This document shows positions 54,634-64,000 of a stretch of DNA of 64,000 nt, piece by piece (the stretch's first letter is position 1; each line of letters starts with the position of its first letter). The position numbers and the translations under genes are program-made. Location of the stretch: assembly GCA_964016885.1 (NCBI GenBank), contig OZ024752.1, positions 32,860,001-32,924,000 on the forward strand, given 5' to 3'. The notes beneath the pieces were generated by a model that worked only from the letters and a program-made list of their open reading frames with translations, had not been told where the DNA came from and made no database searches. This DNA is from Eledone cirrhosa (taxonomy: Eukaryota).

Positions 54634-54835
54634 CACTTGGGTCGGCTGAAAAGTTCAGAAGCTGAGTATGAAGCAGTGATGCTAGAGCTGTGAAATCTTG
54701 CATGAATTAATTTCAACTCTTCTTATTAATATCTGCATTGTTTACTCCAGGTACTATGTTGAAAAATATACTTCATTTGGTCATTCCATGAGAGTATCTT
54801 GATCAGCCAATGAACTGTTTCAGCCGGCCTTCGTA
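54634..54835. mobile_element. Mariner-type MITE, about 200 bp
   Basis: Imperfect terminal inverted repeats GGGTCGGCTGAAAAGTTCA and TGAACTGTTTCAGCCGGCCTTCGTA; TA at the right end. Confidence 0.6.
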
Positions 54836-54919
54836 TATATATATTAAAATACAAATATTAATAAAATGGATGTTCTTTTGATAAATTACATTTTATTATA
54901 CTCGTTTAACTCGTTTAAC

Positions 54920-54998
<79 letters not shown>

Positions 54999-55002
<4 letters not shown>

Positions 55003-55378
55003 AAAGTTCTATTTAAAGTTGTTGGGATACAGCAAGTAAATATTTTTATAACTGATATAAAGCACTCAACAACTTTTTGGAGTAGATATACGATATTAAC
55101 AAATGGAAACTATATTTAGAAAACCATATTTATTTCATTATACATATTTCAGGGATACCACATTAAATTATGGTATGCCTTCATCAGACAAAATACTATC
55201 CAGACAGCCTCCAAAAGTAATGGTTGCATTTTAAAAGGGTACGTCAAAGCTATTTGTAAAACTGTTATATATTGTATTTTGTCTGATGAAGGCATACCAT
55301 AATTTAATGTGGTATCCCTGAAATATGTATAATGAAATAAATATGGTTTTATAAATATAGTTTCCATTTATTAATATC

Positions 55379-55380
<2 letters not shown>
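54999..55380. mobile_element. Family C fold-back pLTR with two opposed hammerheads (about 55131-55195 -, 55275-55340 +)
   Basis: TATTTTGT-CTGATGA-AGG..CCT-GAAA-T-ATGT-A-T-A-ATGAAATA; further copies at 59995-60180 and 63840-64000. Confidence 0.8.
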
Positions 55381-55435
<55 letters not shown>

Positions 55436-55621
55436 TTAAAACAATGAAATAAAAAATCAAGTCCTTATTTTTTATTTCATTGTTTTAACTTATATCATGA
55501 CTCTGTTTTCCTTTTAATGTTTTATTGTTTTCTGAGATTTACCTTAACCTACAACATTTTCAACATATGGATTACATTGAGTTCTTCATACAGAATAGAC
55601 CCCACAACTTACAGTGGATAC

Positions 55622-55706
<85 letters not shown>

Positions 55707-55908
55707 TAAACGGAATAGAAAATGCTGACAAATTGTTCACAGTTGAAAAATGGTTTAATTAGGAATAAAAGAGTATTAGTGATTGTATGGGTTAGTATTC
55801 AGTTGTGGTTTTAAGTTTTTAAGTTTTATACCGGTTGCGCATTTCTAAATGCTTTTCAAAAATAATTTTGAGATAGAGTGTCCGTGCTGTTTGCTCTTTT
55901 ATTTCTAA

Positions 55909-56902
55909 CTAGCAGTAAAGCCCGGCGTTGCTCGGGGTCGCTCAGTAGCTGTGTTAAAGTTACAATGTTAAGTTTCTTTTTTGGCTTAAAAACTGTAGTG
56001 TCTACTGTGCAGAGTTGCATGTGGTGTTTTTGATTAATATTCCCTCAACCAACAATATGCCTTATGAAGTTAAGAAAACATAACGATAACCCGAATGTTA
56101 TAACAAAAGAGGATGCTGGGGATAAAAACTGCACTGGTTATTTATTAACAAAGATCGAAAATGTAAACACTGCAACGCAGAGAAAAACATTAGCGTAACC
56201 AAATTATCAGTTATGTCTGTCTGCACGCCTATATCACCTCTCTGCACGACTGTCTGTCTGCACGCCTATATCACCTCTCTGCACGACTGTCTGTCTGCAC
56301 GCCTATATCACCCCTCTGCACGACTGTCTGTCTGCACGCCTATATCACCTCTCTGCACGACTGTCTGTCTGCACGCCTAACGAAATTTACAGATACATAT
56401 ATTTTAAATAAACTTATATAATTTTTGCTTTTTTTTACGAAATATTTGCTTGTTTTACGTAGTCTTTAAATAGACTTGTTTTCAAGTAAAAATATTGTTT
56501 TAAAAGGCTTTTAAATGGAAATGAAGCAAAACGGAACTTAGTGTTCGAACTGATGAATTTTGCAGGTCAAAATTTTGCTGGCTCGACAACTGTTCGTGTA
56601 TTGTGTTAATGTCATTTTAAACGCTGAGAAAGCCAGCGTAATTTTTTTAATTTTTGCACGCAGACGCTCAATGTAAACAGAACAAAGGGAAATAACTGAT
56701 CACTTACGCTCAAAAATCGATACATTATATTCGATTTCGTCAGATAGGGCGGGTCAATTTGAAATATTTTTTTTCCGATGTCTTCGCTAGGGCTCAATGT
56801 ACAAGTATAGCAATTTCGGTGCAATTCCGTGAGAGATTCTAAGAGGAGATGTGTGCCAAAAATCGATAGACAGACAGACAACCTCAGTTTTATATATATA
56901 GA
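55909..56902 (-). mobile_element. Non-autonomous Helitron with an internal 37-bp tandem repeat (56217-56378)
   Basis: 5'-TC...CCCGAGCAACGCCGGG hairpin...CTAG-3', A|T insertion site. Confidence 0.82.
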
Positions 56903-56993
56903 TTAAACCATTTTTCAACTGTGAACAATTTGTCAGCATTTTCTATTCCGTTTACCAATATATAATAACTTGTGTGTTACACCTCTATTCTTT

Positions 56994-57033
<40 letters not shown>

Positions 57034-57158
57034 ATCGGAGAAAGCTAATAGCGATACTCCGATATATATATTCTTCTTTTTTGCCCACTTATTGCTCAGA
57101 GGTTCGTTGAGTCAGTCCTTGAACACTCCCTCCAGCAGGTTTATCTATACACACACAC

Positions 57159-57245
<87 letters not shown>

Positions 57246-57268
57246 TGTGTGTGTGTAGAGAGAGGGGG

Positions 57269-57306
<38 letters not shown>

Positions 57307-57663
57307 CGGCGATGAATTAGTTTAGCGAGGTTTTTTATATGAAATGGCAACATTGAGGACCGAGTAAGTTAAATCGCAGATATAAAAGACAGCGAGAAGC
57401 GAAAACCAACCAAACAGTGAGTGTGTTCTGTTATTAATTCTGGCAATATTACGCAAATATGACCCTCCCCAAGTATAACAACATATATATATATATATAT
57501 ATATAATAATAATAATTAACTCCGTGGTGGTAATAATAATTACCACCAACTACACAAATGAAGACGGGTGAGCTGCATTACGTTGAGTGCTCTCCATAAT
57601 ATTACATCGAGATTGACCATACGGAATGACCAGTTCTATCCAGTGGGGAACCAACAAACCTAA

Positions 57664-57704
<41 letters not shown>

Positions 57705-57866
57705 TATTTATATATATATTAAAGTGTTAAACAATATTCAATTATTATGTCAAAGAATGAGTTTTACAGTAGATTGGAAGCACTCAACGGTAAAAAATAA
57801 TTTTCTGGAGTTATTAATATTAAAATATAACTATTAATAAAATAGATGTTCTTTTGATCAATTTCA

Positions 57867-57918
57867 TTTTATTATACATATTTCGGATGTACAACAGTAC
57901 GTCCTCATCAGACAAAAT
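57867..57918 (-). ncRNA. Type I hammerhead
   Basis: ATTTTGT-CTGATGA-GGACGTAC..GTACATCC-GAAA-TATGTA-TA-ATAAAAT. Confidence 0.8.
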
Positions 57919-58006
57919 ATAATGATACATGACATACCCTGTGATGTTAAATGGTTAAGATTTAATCAAGGTAGTCATATCTATCTATCTATATATATAT
58001 ATATAC

Positions 58007-58178
58007 GTTATTCCGGGTTGAATCGGAGGTAACCACAGTAAGTAAGGTACTCAATACATTGCAGAGTATAAAAGTTTTAATATAGATGAGATTCTACAGG
58101 ACTAGAACTGTTTCATTCTTATGATTTCTAAAGAATGAAACAGTTCTAGTCCTGTAGAATCTCATCTATATTAAAACT
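58007..58178 (-). mobile_element. Fold-back pLTR fragment carrying a hammerhead 3' half
   Basis: Arms about 58073-58118 and 58132-58178; GAAACAG..CTGTA; GTACTC motif upstream. Confidence 0.65.
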
Positions 58179-58195
58179 ATATATATAAATATATA

Positions 58196-58271
<76 letters not shown>

Positions 58272-58857
58272 TTTCCTCCGTTCAGGAGTTCTCTTGTGGT
58301 GTGGGCGATTCAACAATTTTCGAGCGCTTTTGGCAACAGTTAACGACAGGGAATTGTGTAACTAGTCAACGTTAGATGATAAATATTTAAAAGCTACACC
58401 TACAATACTCATATATTCTTCAAATCGGAGTCTATGGGGTATTGTGATGGTGTATAGTATGGTGTGGTGTGTGGAAACGGAATAGTCGGAAACTGTAAAC
58501 CAGCGAACGAAAAGTTCCATAAAAAACTTACCAATTATTTCCAAAAGTATCATTCAAGTAATATCGACATCTAACCCCCCCCCCCAAAAAAAAAAATCGA
58601 TATTGATCCATATTAATCCAACTGATAATCAATTTTTTACATGTCATTTTAACTACAGACCAAGCGGAGATTGTAAGAATTTATGACACGGTCATTGATT
58701 CCAGAGATTTTACGAGTGTGAAAGCTATGCAATCCCTCATATTTTATTTGTCTTATGGCTATATATATCTAGGAAGATGTCATGAAAGTGTGTTTGTCTA
58801 TCATATATTATATATCTATGATTGTATGTGTGTGTGTATGTGTACAGACACACAAAT

Positions 58858-58903
<46 letters not shown>

Positions 58904-59082
58904 GTTCAAGAGTAACCAATCTTAAAGAGAGAGATTGAGATAGTAGAGGAGATATGAGAGGAAAAATTGGTGAGTTAGTTAGAAGCCAACGCGTAAAGGC
59001 ATGTGCTCAATGTGCAATATGCAGTAGAAAGCAGCTAGGTGGCTGGGTTCATGCAGAGGTTAGGTGCGCAGAGCTGGAAATA

Positions 59083-59216
59083 TTCATTAGTTAAGCAAAA
59101 CAAGACCACAAATTTCACAAGGAAGACATTATTAAAAGATTGTCAACATATTTAGTTTGATGCAAAGAATGTCTTCCTTGTGAAATTTGTGATCTTGTTT
59201 TGCTTAACTAATGAAT
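59083..59216. repeat. About 50-bp-arm inverted repeat ending at (TA)n
   Basis: TTCATTAGTTAAGCAAAACAAG..GAAGACATT and its reverse complement. Confidence 0.8.
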
Positions 59217-59258
59217 ATATATATATATACACAATTATATATATATATATATACATAT

Positions 59259-59832
59259 AATTGTTTCTACTTTCGGCACAAGGCCAGCAATTACCCAGTA
59301 CATTACTGGTACTTTATTTTATCGACCTCGTAAGGATGAAAGGCAAAGTTAACCTTGGCGGGATTTGAACTCAGATCGTAAAGGGACGTAACTATGCTGG
59401 AAAGCATGTCCAACGCTCTACCAACTCTGCCAATCCACCGCCCTTATTTATATATATATATATATATTAGTGTGTGTATATATATATATATAAATATATA
59501 TATATATATGTGTGTGTGCGTGTGTATATATATGTATATATATATGTGTATATATATATGTGTGTATATATGTGTATATATATGTATATATATATATATG
59601 TGTGTATGTGTGTGTGTGTGTATATATATATATGTGTATATATTATGGTGAATTGACAGTATCGGTAGAGGGTTGGACGCCATGTTTTCCAGCATAGTTA
59701 CGTCCCTTTACATTCTGAGTTCAAATCCCGCCGAGGTTAACTTTGCGTTTCATCCTTACGGGGTCGATAAAATAAAGTACCAGTAATGTACTGGGTAATT
59801 TGCTGGCCTTGTGCCTAAAGTAGAAACAATTA
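59259..59832. mobile_element. Two divergently oriented SINEs (59259-59443 -, 59648-59832 +)
   Basis: SINE motifs. Confidence 0.85.
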
Positions 59833-59904
59833 TATATATATATATGTTTATATCATTTATTTATTGTGTATATATGTGTATGTATATATATATGTGTGTG
59901 TGTG

Positions 59905-59936
<32 letters not shown>

Positions 59937-60422
59937 GTGTATATATTATATACATGTATATACACTAAGACTTATTAAAATAATATAAACAATTCACTAT
60001 CCAGATGGCTTCCAAAAATAATGGTCGCATTTTAAAAGGGTACGTCAAAGCTTATTTGTAAAACTGTTATATATTGTATTTTGTCTGATGAAGGCATACC
60101 ATAATTTAATTTGGTATCATCCCTGAAATATGTATAATGAAATAAATATGGTTTTATAAATATAGTTTCCATTTATTAATATATATATATATATATATAT
60201 TAGAAAGTGAGGTTTTTTTTACAAAATGAAAAATAACCGAGGTGTCCTACACGAGTGAAAGTATAAAGAAAAAGAGATGAAATCGAAAATGCAACTGGAG
60301 TCTTATTTTTTTAAAAAATATATATATTTATTTGGTTCCTTTACCGGTTTCGCAGTTCTTCTGCTTTTCAAAAGGTGAGTTGAGATGGAGGAGAAAAACC
60401 ACAGACCCTCCATCTCAACTCA

Positions 60423-60460
60423 CCTTTTGAAAAGCAGAAGAACTGCGAAACCGGTAAAGG
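60423..60460 (+). ncRNA. Minimal hammerhead with U3-A8 core (mirror copy at 60338-60375 -) inside fold-back 60263-60533
   Basis: CCTT-TTGAAAA-GCAG-AAGAA-CTGC-GAAA-CCGG-T-A-AAGG. Confidence 0.75.
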
Positions 60461-60529
60461 AACCAAATAAATATATATATTTAAAAAAAAAATAAGACTC
60501 CAGTTGCATTTTCGATTTCATCTCTTTTT

Positions 60530-60587
<58 letters not shown>

Positions 60588-60797
60588 CATTTATTTATTT
60601 ATTCATGTTCAGAGCAAAACAAAACAAAAGCCCTACATAATGTTTCAAGATCCAGTTATGGCCATCTCCCTAGACTGTGTCCGAGGATGCAGAATACACT
60701 GATGATTAGGTCACGGCTTTGTTCGCTTCTCCACACATTCTGCGCAGCCGTGAACAGTCTGGCGGTAAACGGCGACGACTGTCAGCTGTCAGACATA

Positions 60798-60800
<3 letters not shown>

Positions 60801-60837
<37 letters not shown>

Positions 60838-61911
60838 CTCCCCCTCTCTCTCTCTCTCTCTCTCTCTCTCCGTCTCTCTCTCTCTCCTGTCTCTCTCTTC
60901 TCTCACTCTCCTCTCTCCTCTCTCTCCTCTCTTTCTCTCATCTCTCCTCTCTGTCCTCTCTCTCCTCCTTCTCTCTCTCTCCCTCTCTCTGTTAGTCTTT
61001 CTCATCTCTCTCTCTCCCTCTCCCCTATCTTTCTCTCCCCCATCTTTCTCTCCCCCTCTCTCTCTCTCTCTTTCTCTCTCCACTCTCTTCTCTCACTCTC
61101 TCACTCTCTCCTCTCTCTTTCCACTCTCTTTCTCTCACTGTTCTCTCTCTCTCCCTCTTCTCTTTCCACTCTCTTTCTCTCTCTGTTCTCTATCCTCTCT
61201 CTCTCCTCTCTCTCTCCCCCTCTCTCCTCTCCCCCTCTCTCCCCCTCTCCCCTATCTTCCTCTCTCTCATCTCTCCACTCTCTCCTTTCTCCCTCTCTTT
61301 CCTCTCCCTCTCCCCTCTCTACTCCCCCCCCCCACTTCCCCTCTCTAATAGTTCCATTGTAAACATATAGTTTCTAGAATATCTTGTTATATGTCTTCCT
61401 CAATTGTGAAGAATCCATTCCTGATATTTTAAGGTAGCGGCACGTATAAGATTACACAATAAACTTCCATTAAAATTCTTAATCTTCACCTCTTCATTTG
61501 TTACGTATGTGTGTGTGTGTGTGTGTGTGTGTGTTTATATGTGTGTACATATGTGTATACGTGTGTATATGTGTGTATGTGTGTATATGTGTGTATATGT
61601 CTGTTTGAGTATAAGAATGTCTTTGTGTGTCTGAAGTGTGTGTATATATATATATATGTGTGTGTGTATATATGTGTATGTATATATATATATGTGTGTG
61701 TGTGTGTATATATATATGTGTATGTATATATATATATGTGTGTGTGTATATATATGTGTGTGTGTGTATATATATATGTGTGTGTGTGTATATATATGTG
61801 TGTGTATATATATATGTGTGTGTGTATATATATATATATGTGTGTATATATATATATATGTGTGTGTGTGTATATATATATATGTGTGTGTGTATATATA
61901 TATATATTGTG

Positions 61912-61942
<31 letters not shown>

Positions 61943-61989
61943 ATATATATATATGTGTGTATATATATATGTGTGTGTGTGTATATATA

Positions 61990-62020
<31 letters not shown>

Positions 62021-62065
62021 GTGTGTGTATATATATATATATGTGTATATATATATATATGTGTA

Positions 62066-62108
<43 letters not shown>

Positions 62109-62175
62109 ATATATATATATATATATGTGTGTGTATATATAAATATATATATGTGTGTGTGCGTGCGTGTGTGTT
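60801..62175. repeat. (CT)-rich tract (60801-61345) and (TA/TG)n tract (61506-62175)
   Basis: Direct reading. Confidence 0.95.
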
Positions 62176-62264
62176 TGCCTTAACCTAGTAGATAAAGCAA
62201 TCGAGAATGGAAGCATAAAATAAAGATTTCCTTCAGTCTAGAGGAATATATTCCAGATAAGTAA

Positions 62265-63087
62265 TAAATGTTTCTACTTTAGGCACAAGGCCAGCAATTA
62301 CCCAGTACATTGCTGGTACTTTATTTCATCGACCCCGTAAGGATGAAAGGCAAAGTTAACCTCGGCGGGATTTGAACTCAGAATGGCAAGGGCCGTAACT
62401 CTATGCGTCAAAGCATAGCGACCGACCCTCTACCGAAACTGCCAATCTACGTAATAATTGTTTCTACTTTAGGCACAAGGCCAGCAAATTACCCAGTACA
62501 TTACTGGTACTTTATGTTATCGAACCCGTAAGGATGAAAGGCAAAGTTAACCTCGGCGGGATTTGAACTCAGATCATAAAGGGACGTAACTCTATGCTAG
62601 AAAGCATGGCGTCCGACCCTCTAGCGATACTGCCAATCCACGTAATAATTGTTTCTACTTTAGGCACAAGGCCAGCAATTACCCAGTACATTACTGGTAC
62701 AATCCACGTAATAATACCTCTTCATTCACTTGCTCACCACAGTTATCAGATTGGGCGAATTATATGTGTATGTGTATGCAGATGGATGTTTGTTTGTGTA
62801 TGTGTATGTATTCATTTTTAAAAGTAAGACGTACTCAATACTCTTCCTAGGCTGCCATGTCTTACTAGTTCTATACGGACGTTTAAATTGATCATTTAAT
62901 TAAATAAATAATTGTTTCTACTTTAGGCACAAGGCCAGCAATTACCCAGTGCATTACTGGTACTTTATTTTATCGATCCCGTAAGGATGAAAGGCAAAGT
63001 CAACCTCGGCGGGATTTGAACTCAGATCGTAAAGGGACGTAACTATGCTGGAAAGCATGGCGTCCGAATCCTCCACCGATACTGCCA
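62265..63087 (-). mobile_element. SINE cluster (three copies and a tail fragment)
   Basis: Reverse-complement SINE motifs. Confidence 0.85.
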
Positions 63088-63230
63088 AAATAAATAATAA
63101 TCGACAAAATAAAATGTTATCACAGTTTTTAGGAGTGCAAAATCTATTGCTGAAATGTTGCATCAAGCCGTAAAAACATTGTTGGGGGTAATGTGGGGGT
63201 AATGTAGGGGTAATGTGGGGGTTAATATAA

Positions 63231-63810
63231 AAGAAGAATACTGCGTGGTTTGCACATGGGTTACATATGATAAAAATAGTCCCTCGTCAGTGATTTTCCA
63301 ACCATCATTGGTATTTCATCGCATTAAAAATCAGATACCTCAGGTTGGTGCGAGCAATAACTAAAATAAGTTATTGGGACCAGTAATCGCGTAAAGCGAG
63401 GGGGACAAGTGAACAACATAGAAGGATAAAAACAAACCAAAGAAAGGAAATAAACAAGCAACATGGTAGTCCTGGTCAGCATAATCTGGGTGGATTTCAT
63501 GAGCGAAAGGAACAGACGTCCGACGTGAGTGAGATGTAAGCAAGAAGAGGCCCACTGTTAGCCAAACGGGAGGAAGTGAGAAGGGGAGAAACAGAGAGTC
63601 AGTGAGTGGAAGTGCGAGGAAGCGGTCAGTCGAGAGAAAGTGTAACTGACAGAGAGGGCGAAAGAAGGTGAGAGAAACAGAGAGAGCGGGGAAGAGAGAG
63701 AGAGAAAAACAGACAAACGCAGCCGAGGTAAATATATATAAAAAACATGAGAAGAAAGAAGAATACTGCGTGGTTTGCACATGGGTTACATATGTTAAAA
63801 ATAGTCCTTA
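63231..63810 (-). mobile_element. Family H non-coding partial-tandem element (525-bp period)
   Basis: 63231-63283 is repeated from 63756; homologous to 44990-45080; CTGACGA box present. Confidence 0.6.
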
Positions 63811-64000
63811 TATCCATATATATATATATATATATATATGCAAAAGTTCTATTTAAATTGTTGGGATACAACAAGTAAATATTTTTATAACTGATATAAA
63901 GCACTCGACAAGTATTTGGAGTAGATATACGATATTAATAAATGGAAACTATATTTATAAAACCATATTTATTTCATTATACATATTTCAAGGATACCAA

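Noticed and set aside
63187-63222. GGGGTAATGT short tandem as a telomeric repeat
   Set aside because: It is not TTAGGG, and there are only about 4 units.

Overview
AT-rich eukaryotic non-genic DNA, most likely from an octopod cephalopod (inferred from the tRNA-derived SINE and an octopus-type SINE tail). I found no host protein-coding gene, and nearly all short ORFs are (TA)n, (CTT)n or (CT)n translation artefacts. The window is a mosaic of microsatellites colonised by retroelements. It holds four long Penelope-like elements (two frameshifted Naiad-like copies on the minus strand and a 2.9-kb tandem pair), R4/Dong-like, RTE, CRE-like and Tx1-like non-LTR fragments, about 30 SINE copies and several Helitrons. 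The most striking signal is a dense population of short non-coding fold-back or partial-tandem inserts in (TA)n. They carry about 25 hand-folded type I hammerhead ribozyme motifs from many families, including C3-G8 to U3-A8 core variants. Coordinates and folds were worked out by eye and are approximate.
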